From Candidatus Rokuibacteriota bacterium (GTDB lineage Bacteria > Methylomirabilota > Methylomirabilia > Rokubacteriales > CSP1-6): DNA of 64,000 bases. This document shows, piece after piece, positions 1 to 8,062 of the stretch. The translations under genes and the position numbers were made by a program. How positions within the stretch are numbered: the first letter of the stretch is position 1; every line of letters starts with the position of its first letter. Location of the stretch: positions 6,606 to 70,605 of the forward strand of contig JACPCX010000176.1 in NCBI GenBank assembly GCA_016184305.1, given 5' to 3'. Below the pieces are notes generated by a model, which had not been told where the DNA came from, made no database searches, and saw nothing but the letters and a program-made list of their open reading frames with translations.

Positions 1-347
1 CGCTGGGCCCGGGCGCCTGCGGCTTCCTGGGCGACATCCGCTACGGGAACGTCAAGGCCACCGAGCGCTACTGCGCCATGCTCGAGGCCGGCACGCTCCC
101 CATCGCCACGCACGAGACGCTCACGGCACGCCAGCGTCTGGCCGAGCGGCTCCTCCTCGGCCTCCGGCTCTCGGACGGCGTTCCCGACGCCTGGCTCGCT
201 GAGCGCGTGGCTCTCGAGCCCGGACGCCTTCCCGCGCTGCTCGACTCCTGGCGGGAGCGGAGCCTGCTGGTGAGCGGGGGCGGCCGCAGCCATCTCACCG
301 AGGCTGGCTTCCTGCTGTCCGACGCGCTGTTCGTGGAGCTGCTGTAG
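1..347 (+). CDS. hemW: Radical-SAM heme chaperone HemW / HemN-like protein, C-terminal part (5' end outside window)
   Basis: Frame 3 is open from the window edge (LGPGACGFLGDIRYGNVKATERYCAMLEAG...TEAGFLLSDALFVELL). It has a HemN_C-like tail and the classic position directly upstream of hrcA. Confidence 0.6.
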   Translation, partial: LGPGACGFLGDIRYGNVKATERYCAMLEAGTLPIATHETLTARQRLAERLLLGLRLSDGVPDAWLAERVALEPGRLPALLDSWRERSLLVSGGGRSHLTEAGFLLSDALFVELL

Positions 348-374
348 GGAGTCGTGTAGGATACGAGTGGAGCC

Positions 375-1424
375 ATGATGGATTCGAGCCTCAACGAGCG
401 CCACCGCCAGGTCCTCCTGGCCGTGATCGCCGAGTATGTGGAGAGCGCCGAGCCCGTGGGGTCTCGCTCCATCGCGCGGCGGCACATGCGCGGCCTGTCC
501 CCGGCCACGATCCGCAATGTGATGGCGGACCTGGAGGAGATGGGCTACCTCACCCATCCTCACCCCTCAGCCGGCCGGGTCCCCACCGACAAGGCCTATC
601 GCTTCTATGTGGACGCGATGCGGCGCGTGCCCTGGGTGGGCGCCACGTCGTCCCCGGCGCGCGAAGAGCCGCCCGCGGGGCCGCCGAGCGGCGCCGAGCG
701 GCTCATGGCCGAGACCCCGGCACAGCTGTCCATGGGCACGCACATGACGGGAATCCTCCTCGCCCCGCCGCTCAAGCAGACGGCGCTCGACCGCATCGAA
801 GTGTTGCGGCTGGGCGACGGCCGCGCGCTGGCGGTGGTCGTGACGGACACCGGCTGGGTCACGACCCGGGCGATCACGGTGGACTCCCCGCTGGTGCCGG
901 ACGAGCTGCGCGAGATCGGCCGCGCCCTGTCGCGCCGCTACCGCGGCAAGACCTTCCAGGAGATCGTGGACGACCTGACCGCGCCGGCCGACCCGCTGGA
1001 TCCGCTCTGGACGCGCGGCCGCCCGATCCTCGACCAGATCGTCTCGCTCCTCCGCGCCCGCACGCTGTACATCAGCGGGGCCATCAACATGCTGGATCAC
1101 CCGGATCTGTCCGACGTGACCACCATGCGGGGGCTCCTCCGTGCCTTCGAGGAGAAGGCGCGTCTGATCGACCTCCTCTCCCGCCTGGCGCACGAGCGCG
1201 GGATCCAGGTTCTCATCGGTGGCGAGAACCCGGTGGAGGAGATGCGCGAGTGCAGTCTGATCACCTCCACCTACACCTACCGCGATCAGGTCCTCGGCGT
1301 GCTGGGCGTGCTCGGGCCGCGCCGCATGCCCTACTCGGACGTCATCTCGCTGGTGGACGAGACGGCCCGGCTCGTGTCGAGCTCGCTGTCGCGTGTCCGG
1401 CGCGAGCTGTACCTCCCGCTTTGA
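375..1424 (+). CDS. hrcA: Heat-inducible transcription repressor HrcA
   Basis: 349 aa. N-terminal winged-helix LNERHRQVLLAVIAEYVESAEPVGSRSI, typical HrcA length, followed by grpE-dnaJ. Confidence 0.9.
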   Translation: MMDSSLNERHRQVLLAVIAEYVESAEPVGSRSIARRHMRGLSPATIRNVMADLEEMGYLTHPHPSAGRVPTDKAYRFYVDAMRRVPWVGATSSPAREEPPAGPPSGAERLMAETPAQLSMGTHMTGILLAPPLKQTALDRIEVLRLGDGRALAVVVTDTGWVTTRAITVDSPLVPDELREIGRALSRRYRGKTFQEIVDDLTAPADPLDPLWTRGRPILDQIVSLLRARTLYISGAINMLDHPDLSDVTTMRGLLRAFEEKARLIDLLSRLAHERGIQVLIGGENPVEEMRECSLITSTYTYRDQVLGVLGVLGPRRMPYSDVISLVDETARLVSSSLSRVRRELYLPL

Positions 1425-1429
1425 CGCTC

Positions 1430-1452
1430 GGGCCCGCCGGGGCGGCGGGCCC
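1430..1452 (+). other. Perfect 10-bp GC hairpin (GGGCCCGCCG-GGG-CGGCGGGCCC) between hrcA and grpE, with no U-tract
   Basis: Inverted repeat read directly from the sequence, 6 nt after the hrcA stop. Confidence 0.6.
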
Positions 1453-1470
1453 GCAGCCTCCGAAACGCTC

Positions 1471-1479
1471 TGCTATAAT
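1471..1479 (+). promoter_or_regulatory. Extended -10 promoter candidate (TGcTATAAT) 12 nt upstream of the grpE ATG
   Basis: TGnTATAAT at 1471-1479 in a ~68% GC background. The predicted TSS is ~1486, which gives a near-leaderless grpE mRNA. Confidence 0.4.
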
Positions 1480-1490
1480 CAGGGCTTGTC

Positions 1491-2072
1491 ATGAGCGAAC
1501 ACGAGACCGATCCTGACGACGCGCTCCTCCCCCGCGATCTCCCCACCGATGCCGCGGCCGATCCCGAGACCGAGCTCCGCCAGCTCCGCGAGGCGCTTGA
1601 GGCCAAGACGCGGGAGGCGGAGGTCAACTGGGAGCGCTACGTCCGCACGGTGGCCGAGTACGACAACGCGCGGAAGCGCGCCGCGCGGGATCGCGAGGAG
1701 TACGTCCGCACGGCCAACGAGGCCTTGCTCCGCGAGCTCCTCCCCGTCCTCGACAACTTCGAGCGGGCGCTCCAGGCCGCCAGAGGCGACGCGGGGGCGG
1801 CGGCGGTGACGGCCGGCGTCGAGCTGATCCAGCGCGAGATCCTGCGGGTGCTGGAGAAGTCCGGCGTCACGCCCTTCTCGTCCCTCGGCGCTCTCTTCGA
1901 TCCCGAGCGCCACGATGCCATCGCCCGTGTCCCGGCCTCGGGTGAGCCGGAGATGACGGTGGTCGGCGAGACGGCGCGCGGCTACCTGCTGCACGGCCGC
2001 GTGCTCCGCCCGGCCCTGGTGATGGTGGCCATGGCGCCCGAGCCCGACGCTCCGGTCGGCGACAGCTCCTAA
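1491..2072 (+). CDS. grpE: Nucleotide exchange factor GrpE
   Basis: 193 aa with a coiled-coil N-terminus, then ...NFERALQAA...PFSSLGALFDPERHDAIARVP... (GrpE signature region). Confidence 0.9.
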   Translation: MSEHETDPDDALLPRDLPTDAAADPETELRQLREALEAKTREAEVNWERYVRTVAEYDNARKRAARDREEYVRTANEALLRELLPVLDNFERALQAARGDAGAAAVTAGVELIQREILRVLEKSGVTPFSSLGALFDPERHDAIARVPASGEPEMTVVGETARGYLLHGRVLRPALVMVAMAPEPDAPVGDSS

Positions 2073-2075
2073 TCG

Positions 2076-3179
2076 GTGGCCGCCAAGAACTTCTACGGCG
2101 TCCTGGGCGTCTCCCGGCAGGCCGACGACGCCGAGCTGAAGAAGGCCTACCGCAAGCTCGCGCGGATGTACCACCCCGACAAGAACCCCGGCGACCAGGC
2201 CTCCGAGGAGCGCTTCAAGGAGATCAGCGAGGCCTACGCCGTCCTCTCGGACCCGGACAAGCGCGCCCAGTACGATCGCTTCGGGACCGTCTCCGGAGCC
2301 GCCAGCGCGAGCGGCCAGGCCGACACGGGCTTCGGCAGCATCTTCGAGGACCTCTTCGAAGGCTTCTTCGGCCAGGCGGAGCGCGGCCGCCGCACGCGGG
2401 CGCGACGCGGCGAGCACCTGCGCTACGACCTCGAGATCTCGCTGGAGGAGGCCGCCGAGGGGCTGGAGAGCAAGCTCCAGATCCCGCGGCACGAGACCTG
2501 CGAGACGTGTCGGGGCTCGGGCCAGCAGGCCGGGACGTCGCCCGAGGTCTGCGGCGCATGCCGCGGCCAGGGGCAGGTGCGCTTCTCCCAGGGCTTCCTC
2601 ACGGTGGCCCGCCCGTGTCCCCAGTGCGGCGGCGAGGGGCGCATCAACCGATCGCCCTGCCGGGAGTGCCAGGGCCAGGGCCGGCAGCGCAAGGAGCGAC
2701 TGCTCAAGATCACGATCCCCGCCGGGGTCGAGGACGGCAACCAGCTGCGGCTGTCCGGGGAGGGCGAGGGCGGGCTCTTCGGCGGGCCCCCCGGGGACCT
2801 GTTCGTGGTGCTCCACGTGAAGCCCCACGAGATCTTCGTCCGGCACGGCGCCGATCTCCTCTGCGAGCTGCCGCTCAGCTTCCCGCAGGCCGCGCTCGGC
2901 GACCAGGTGGAGGTGCCGGTGCTCGGCGGCAAGGCCACGCTCACCGTGCCCCCGGGCACACAGCCCGGCCAGCAGGTGCACCTCAAGAGCAAGGGCATGC
3001 CGCACCTGCGCGGGCGCGGGCGCGGGGACGCGGTGTACCAGGTCGTGATCGAGGTCCCCACGCGCCTCTCGGCCCGGCAGCGGGAGCTCCTCGAGGAGCT
3101 CAAGCAGGCCTCGCAGACCGAGTCGGGACCGCTCCTGTCGTCCTTCGTCGAACGGATGAAGAAGCTCTTCGGCTCCTGA
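2076..3179 (+). CDS. dnaJ: Molecular chaperone DnaJ (canonical; HPD present, 4x CxxCxGxG)
   Basis: J-domain KNFYGVLGV...[16 protein letters not shown]. Zinc-finger repeats CETCRGSG / CGACRGQG / CPQCGGEG / [11 protein letters not shown] start. Confidence 0.9.
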   Translation: MAAKNFYGVLGVSRQADDAELKKAYRKLARMYHPDKNPGDQASEERFKEISEAYAVLSDPDKRAQYDRFGTVSGAASASGQADTGFGSIFEDLFEGFFGQAERGRRTRARRGEHLRYDLEISLEEAAEGLESKLQIPRHETCETCRGSGQQAGTSPEVCGACRGQGQVRFSQGFLTVARPCPQCGGEGRINRSPCRECQGQGRQRKERLLKITIPAGVEDGNQLRLSGEGEGGLFGGPPGDLFVVLHVKPHEIFVRHGADLLCELPLSFPQAALGDQVEVPVLGGKATLTVPPGTQPGQQVHLKSKGMPHLRGRGRGDAVYQVVIEVPTRLSARQRELLEELKQASQTESGPLLSSFVERMKKLFGS

Positions 3180-3206
3180 TGTCGTTCTGGGAGCCCTGAG
3201 TCCCCG

Positions 3207-3956
3207 GTGCCGAGGTTCTACCTTCGCGCCGAGGCGGTGAGCGGGCCGCGCGTCACCTTCGACGCGCAGGAGACGCGTCACCTGGCCCGTGTCCTCCGCC
3301 TCCGGCCGGGCGATGTGGTCCACGCCGTGGACGGCCAGGGGCAGGAGCTCACCGTGAGGCTCACGCAGGTGAGCACGCGGTCGGCCGAGGGCCTGATCCT
3401 GGGCCGGAAGGCGGGCCGAACCGAGTCGCCGCTGCTCCTCACCCTCGTCCAGGGCCTCCCCAAGGGAGACAAGATGGAGGCGATCATCCGCATGGCCACG
3501 GAGCTGGGCGTGGCGCGCGTGGTGCCCGTCATCACGGAGCGTACCGTGGTGCGGGCGGACGCGACGCGCGGGGCGGGGCGGCTCCTCCGCTGGCAGCGTG
3601 TCGCAAGGGAAGCGGCCAAGCAATGCGGCCGCACCGTGATTCCGGAGGTGACTGCGTCGCGCGCCCTCGCCGAGTGGCTGGGCGACGGAAGCCCGGAGGG
3701 ACTTCTGCTCTGCCTCTGGGAAGACGAGCGCGCATGCCTCGCGGACCGGCTTCCGCCCGCGCCCGTCGCCGCGGCCACGCTCGTGGTGGGGCCCGAGGGC
3801 GGGCTGGCCGCCGACGAGGTCGAGCGCCTCGCAGAGGCGGGCGCGGTGGTGGCCAGCCTCGGTCCCCGGTTGCTCAGGACCGAGACGGCCGGGCCCGTTG
3901 GGCTGGCGCTGCTCCAGGCGCGTTACGGCGACCTCGTCGCCGCTCCCCGGGGGTGA
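3207..3956 (+). CDS. rsmE: 16S rRNA (uracil1498-N3)-methyltransferase RsmE
   Basis: 249 aa. MPRFYL...RHLARVLRLRPGD N-terminal PUA-like region and C-terminal SPOUT knot (VVGPEGGL...E...LGPRLLRTETA). Confidence 0.85.
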   Translation: MPRFYLRAEAVSGPRVTFDAQETRHLARVLRLRPGDVVHAVDGQGQELTVRLTQVSTRSAEGLILGRKAGRTESPLLLTLVQGLPKGDKMEAIIRMATELGVARVVPVITERTVVRADATRGAGRLLRWQRVAREAAKQCGRTVIPEVTASRALAEWLGDGSPEGLLLCLWEDERACLADRLPPAPVAAATLVVGPEGGLAADEVERLAEAGAVVASLGPRLLRTETAGPVGLALLQARYGDLVAAPRG

Positions 3957-4011
3957 CCGGCTCCCCGGCGACAGCGCCATCTGACCCCTAAGACCTGCTG
4001 TCACGGAAATG

Positions 4012-4038
4012 AGACACGTGGGACTGAGTTGCGTGTCT
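4012..4038 (+). promoter_or_regulatory. Inverted repeat AGACACG-N13-CGTGTCT, candidate enhancer (UAS) about 105 nt upstream of the sigma-54-like element
   Basis: 7-bp arms at 4012-4018 and 4032-4038, inside a lower-GC 200-nt spacer. Confidence 0.3.
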
Positions 4039-4124
4039 TGGATACCACAGGGAGCCCCCAGAGGGGAACGCCGCAGGCCTCGCCTTGCCAATGACATCAG
4101 GCCTTTCCGCCACATGACGCCCCG

Positions 4125-4140
4125 TGGCAGCGTGATTGCA
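4125..4140 (+). promoter_or_regulatory. Sigma-54 (-24/-12) type promoter candidate, TGGCAG-N5-TTGCA, upstream of lpxC
   Basis: Matches TGGCACGrNNNTTGCW at 11 of 13 specified positions with correct GG/GC spacing. It lies 18 nt before the lpxC ATG. Confidence 0.4.
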
Positions 4141-4157
4141 AGCCTGGGCTCCGGGTC

Positions 4158-5087
4158 ATGGAATCGCAGCGAACGATCCGGAGGAAAGTCAGCATAGAGG
4201 GCGTCGGGCTCCACACCGGCGAGCCGGTCACCCTCACCCTCTCTCCCGCAGCCTCCGACACCGGCATCCTCTTCCGCGCGGCCGACGGCACGCTGATCCC
4301 GGCGAACACCGACCACGTGGTGAACTCCCACTTTGCCACGACCATCGGCGCCTTCGGCGTGAGAGTGCGGACCGTCGAGCACCTGATGGCGGCCGCCCAC
4401 GGCCTGGGGATCGACAACCTGCTGGTCGACGTGAGCGCCGGCGAGCTCCCCGCCATGGACGGCAGCGCCAAGGGCTTCGTGGAGATGCTCGAGCGGGCCG
4501 GGCGGGTATCGTTGCCCGCGCCGCGCAAGGCCCTCATGATCGGCGAGCCAATCCGCGTCGAGGACGGGGATCGGTTCATCCAGGTGGTCCCCTCGGACAC
4601 CTTCCGCATCAGCTACACGCTCGACCACGATCACCCGGTCATCGGGCTCCAGGTCGCGTCGCTGGAGATCACGGAGACCACCTTCGTGGACGAGGTGGCT
4701 CCGGCCCGCACCTACGGGTTCCTGCGTGACGTGGGGGCGATGCGGCGGAACGGCCTCGCCCGCGGCGGCTCCCTCGACAACGCGATCGTGGTGGGCAAGC
4801 GCTCGGTGCTCAACGACAGCCTCCGCTTCGCGGACGAGTTCGTGCGCCACAAGATCCTGGACCTCGTGGGCGATCTCTTCCTCCTCGGCCGTCCCCTGGT
4901 GGGTCACGTGGTGGCGCGAAACGCCGGGCATGCGCTGAACTACCAGATCCTCGTGGCCATCCAGAAGGCCATGACAGCGGACCGGCGCAGGGCCCGGATG
5001 CGGGCCGTGACTCCGCTCGCGCTTACCGCGATGGCGCCAGCCTTCGAGAGCGCCTGCCCCGTCGCTCCCGGCACCGCCGCCCGCTAG
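4158..5087 (+). CDS. lpxC: UDP-3-O-acyl-N-acetylglucosamine deacetylase LpxC
   Basis: 309 aa. QRTIRRKVSIEGVGLHTGEPVTLTLSPA...VEHLMAAAHGLGIDN...HKILDLVGDL (LpxC hallmark motifs). Confidence 0.9.
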   Translation: MESQRTIRRKVSIEGVGLHTGEPVTLTLSPAASDTGILFRAADGTLIPANTDHVVNSHFATTIGAFGVRVRTVEHLMAAAHGLGIDNLLVDVSAGELPAMDGSAKGFVEMLERAGRVSLPAPRKALMIGEPIRVEDGDRFIQVVPSDTFRISYTLDHDHPVIGLQVASLEITETTFVDEVAPARTYGFLRDVGAMRRNGLARGGSLDNAIVVGKRSVLNDSLRFADEFVRHKILDLVGDLFLLGRPLVGHVVARNAGHALNYQILVAIQKAMTADRRRARMRAVTPLALTAMAPAFESACPVAPGTAAR

Positions 5088-5150
5088 CCGACCCTCCCGA
5101 CCCCCCGCCCGGCCGGCGCGACTTCCTCCGCCTGCCCGGAAGCCGGACGC

Positions 5151-5156
5151 TATAAT
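5151..5156 (+). promoter_or_regulatory. Perfect TATAAT -10 box candidate upstream of the DUF4390 gene
   Basis: TATAAT at 5151-5156 in the 74-nt lpxC/DUF4390 spacer. Confidence 0.3.
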
Positions 5157-5161
5157 GGGGC

Positions 5162-5806
5162 GTGTGTTTCCGGGCTCGAGCGTCCACCACCTGCGGGGGC
5201 CCAGAGATGGCGCCCGCACTTCCCCTCCCCGCGCGGCAGCTGCTGATCGGGCCGATCACGGCCGTTCTCGTGGTGGCATGCCTGCTGACCCTGCCGGCAG
5301 CGGCCGACGCCGAGATCAGGATCAGCAACCTGTCCGTTTTCCTGAACGACCTCGACGTCACGGTCCAGGTGGTGCTCCTCGGGGCCATTCCGCCGTCCCT
5401 GCACGAGAGCCTGCACAGCGGCGTCGCCACTCACGTGCGCTTCCACGTCGAGCTCTGGCAGTACAGCCGGTTCTGGGTGGAGCGGCGGGTCCAGGTCCGC
5501 GTCGTGGAGCGGCAGCTCACCTACAACGTGCTGACCAAGGAGTACAAGGTCGCGTCGCTTGGCGGGGAGCCGCGGGAGGCCTATCTGACCAAGAACCTGC
5601 GTGAGGCGCAGCGGGTGGCCTCCGACCTGAGGGTCGCGCGGCTGGCGCCGGTCTCTTCCCTGGACGCCCAGGAGCTTTATTACGTGCGCGTGCGGGCGGA
5701 CGTGTCCCTGGGCGGCGTCAACTCGTGGGTGGCGCGCATCGCAGGGGACGCCGCCGAGACCCCGTGGGTGCAGTCGAGCCTGCTCACCATGAACCGGAGC
5801 CAGTAA
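5162..5806 (+). CDS. DUF4390-like secreted/periplasmic protein (NtrY-associated). An alternative ATG start at 5207 is more likely.
   Basis: Signal-peptide-like N-terminus (LLIGPITAVLVVACLLTLPAAADA). The body resembles DUF4390 proteins that precede ntrY. Its stop overlaps the ntrY ATG (TAATG). Confidence 0.6.
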   Translation: MCFRARASTTCGGPEMAPALPLPARQLLIGPITAVLVVACLLTLPAAADAEIRISNLSVFLNDLDVTVQVVLLGAIPPSLHESLHSGVATHVRFHVELWQYSRFWVERRVQVRVVERQLTYNVLTKEYKVASLGGEPREAYLTKNLREAQRVASDLRVARLAPVSSLDAQELYYVRVRADVSLGGVNSWVARIAGDAAETPWVQSSLLTMNRSQ

Positions 5807-8043
5807 TGCCGCTGCTCCAGGATCGGCCGGCTGAGCAGAGCAAGCGCAAGCGCAATCTCCTGATCATCAGCGGTATCCTCATCCTGCTGGTGGTCGGCAC
5901 CGTGTTCGAGGTGGGGATCCGGACGCCCCAGATCCCGCTCGCCTCCAACCTGCTGGTGCTGGCCCTCCTCAACCTCAACCTGGTCGTCTTCCTGCTGCTG
6001 CTGATCCTCCTCTTCCGCAACCTGGTCAAGCTCTCCTTCGAGCGCCGCCACAAGGTGCTCGGCGCGCGCTTCAAGGCAAAGCTGGTCCTGGCCTTCCTCT
6101 CGCTGGCCCTGGCACCGGGCATCCTGATCTTCATCATCGCCTCCAATTTCATCACGACCTCCATCGAGGGATGGTTCAAGCCCCAGGTCGAGCGGCCGCT
6201 GGACCAGGCGCTGCAGGTGGCGCAGACCTACTACCAGACGCTGGAGGGCACGGCGCTCAGGCATGCTCGGTACATGGCCCGGGTGGCAGAGCGCGAGGGG
6301 CTCCTGGGCGAGGAGCGGCGCGAGCCCCTGGCCGCGTACCTCGACGAGCAGCGGGAGCGCCTCGGGCTGTCGGCCATCACGGTCTTCGACCGGCGCGGGC
6401 AGGAGCAGTTCCACGCCAAGGACCCGGCGCTCGCCACCGTCGCCACGCGCTCCATGCACAAGGACAAGGTCGCCCAGGGGCTCGGCGGCCAGGAGGTCAC
6501 CACGGTCCACGAGCTCGACCGGGGCGACATGATCCAGGCCGTGGTCCCGATCCGCAACTCGAGCCGCCAGGTGGAGGGCGTGCTCGTGGTGTCGAGCCAC
6601 GTGAGCCAGCGGCTCGAGAACCGCCTTCGTGGGATCAGTCAGGCCTTCCAGGAGTACAAGCAGCTCAAGCTCCTCAAGAACCCCATCAAGGCCATCTACA
6701 TCCTGCTGTTCCTGCTCATGACCCTGATCATCGTGTTCTCGGCGACGTGGTTCGGTCTCTACCTGGCCCGGGGCATCACCGACCCGATCCAGATGCTGGC
6801 CGAGGGCACGCGCGAGGTCGCGGCCGGGAATCTCGGCTATCAGGTGCAGGTGCGCGCCGACGACGAGATCGGGATCCTCGTGGACTCCTTCAACCGGATG
6901 ACCCGCGACCTGGCGTCCTCGAGGACCAGGCTCGAGGAGGCCTACCTCGACCTGCAGGCCAAGCACGGCGAGATGGAGATGCGGCGCCGCTACACGGAGA
7001 CCGTGCTGGAGGCGGTGGCGACCGGCGTGGTCTCCCTCGATCCCGAGGGGCGCGTGACCACCATCAACGGGGCAGCCGAGCGCATGCTGGGCATCCCCGC
7101 GCAGGCGGCGCTCGGACAGCCCGACTCCGCCGTCTTCCGGCGGCCCGATTTCGGCGAGATCGCGGCCCTGATCAAGCGCATGACACGGCTCAAGGAGGGC
7201 ACGGTCGAGCACGAGGTGCACCTGAGGCGCGACGGGCAGGCGATCACCCTCCTGTCCTCGGCCACGGCGCTCCGGGGTCCCGACGGGGCCGACATGGGGC
7301 TCGTCCTCGTGTTCGACGACCTCACCGAGCTCCTGAAGGCCCAGCGGCTGGCCGCGTGGCGGGAGGTCGCCCAGCGCATCGCCCATGAGATCAAGAACCC
7401 GCTCACGCCGATCCAGCTCTCCGCCCAGCGCCTGAGGCGCCGGCTCGCGGGAGACCGGAGCCCCGAGGAGAAGCAGCTGCTCGAGGAGGCCACCTCCACC
7501 ATCATCCAGGAGGTCGACGGGCTCAAGCAGCTCGTGGACGAGTTCTCGCGCTTCGCGCGCATGCCGGCCCTGTCGCTCCGGCCGACGGATCTGGCCCGTC
7601 TCCTCGACGGGGTGATCGTCCTGTACCGCGAGTCGCACCCGGCGCTCGCCATCACGTCGGCGTTCTCGCCCGACCTGCCCCAGATCGAGGTGGATCCCAA
7701 CCAGATCAAGCGCGCCGTCCTGAACCTGGTGGACAACGCCGTGGAGGCGGTGGGCCAGGCCGGGGAGGTGACCGTCGAGACCGTGTGGCTTCCGGAGGCG
7801 CGGCGGGCGCGGATCGTCGTGGCCGACACCGGGCCCGGCATCGCCCAGGAGGACCGCGAGCGGCTCTTTCTCCCGTACTTCTCCACGAAGGCCACGGGCA
7901 TGGGCCTCGGGCTCCCCATCGTCCACCAGATCGTCATCGACCACGGCGGCACCATCTGGCTCGAGGACAACCTGCCGCAGGGCAGCCGCTTCGTCCTCGA
8001 GCTGCCGGCTGGCCGTCTCGCGCCGGCCCCCGTGCAGGCCTGA
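5806..8043 (+). CDS. ntrY: NtrY-like sensor histidine kinase (multi-TM, HAMP, PAS, HisKA, HATPase_c)
   Basis: The start was refined to ATG 5806 (MPLLQDRPAEQSK...). H-box AQRIAHEIKNPLTPIQL, N-box LNLVDNAVEA, G-box DTGPGI...GMGLGL. Confidence 0.85.
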   Translation: MPLLQDRPAEQSKRKRNLLIISGILILLVVGTVFEVGIRTPQIPLASNLLVLALLNLNLVVFLLLLILLFRNLVKLSFERRHKVLGARFKAKLVLAFLSLALAPGILIFIIASNFITTSIEGWFKPQVERPLDQALQVAQTYYQTLEGTALRHARYMARVAEREGLLGEERREPLAAYLDEQRERLGLSAITVFDRRGQEQFHAKDPALATVATRSMHKDKVAQGLGGQEVTTVHELDRGDMIQAVVPIRNSSRQVEGVLVVSSHVSQRLENRLRGISQAFQEYKQLKLLKNPIKAIYILLFLLMTLIIVFSATWFGLYLARGITDPIQMLAEGTREVAAGNLGYQVQVRADDEIGILVDSFNRMTRDLASSRTRLEEAYLDLQAKHGEMEMRRRYTETVLEAVATGVVSLDPEGRVTTINGAAERMLGIPAQAALGQPDSAVFRRPDFGEIAALIKRMTRLKEGTVEHEVHLRRDGQAITLLSSATALRGPDGADMGLVLVFDDLTELLKAQRLAAWREVAQRIAHEIKNPLTPIQLSAQRLRRRLAGDRSPEEKQLLEEATSTIIQEVDGLKQLVDEFSRFARMPALSLRPTDLARLLDGVIVLYRESHPALAITSAFSPDLPQIEVDPNQIKRAVLNLVDNAVEAVGQAGEVTVETVWLPEARRARIVVADTGPGIAQEDRERLFLPYFSTKATGMGLGLPIVHQIVIDHGGTIWLEDNLPQGSRFVLELPAGRLAPAPVQA

Positions 8044-8062
8044 CAGGAGAGCCGGAGAGCCC

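Noticed and set aside
348-374. CIRCE (HrcA operator) upstream of hrcA, grpE or dnaJ
   Set aside because: No TTAGCACTC-N9-GAGTGCTAA-like inverted repeat is present in these short spacers or elsewhere in the window.
3957-4157. Small ORF 4009-4197 (62 aa), or a tRNA/sRNA gene, in the 200-nt rsmE-lpxC spacer
   Set aside because: The ORF product is Arg/Ser/Gly-rich, has no SD, and overlaps the lpxC start. No tRNA-like cloverleaf is visible. The spacer is better explained as a regulatory region (inverted repeat plus -24/-12 element).
5162-5206. GTG 5162 as a leaderless start of the DUF4390 gene, directly after TATAAT
   Set aside because: Not fully excluded, but leaderless initiation normally needs AUG, and the signal-peptide-like segment follows ATG 5207 naturally. 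It is kept only as an alternative coordinate.
1479-5219. Very long antisense ORFs: 1479-5219 (-) 1246 aa, 5680-8115 (-), 16215-20141 (-) 1308 aa, 44875-47001 (-), 49852-51777 (-) and 60804-63863 (-) 1019 aa
   Set aside because: They lie opposite clearly recognisable genes (grpE/dnaJ/rsmE/lpxC, ntrY, carB, the liv genes, comM, mazG/pilB). Their products are low-complexity and rich in Arg/Gly/Pro/His/Asp with no motifs. Stop-poor antisense frames are expected at ~68% GC.
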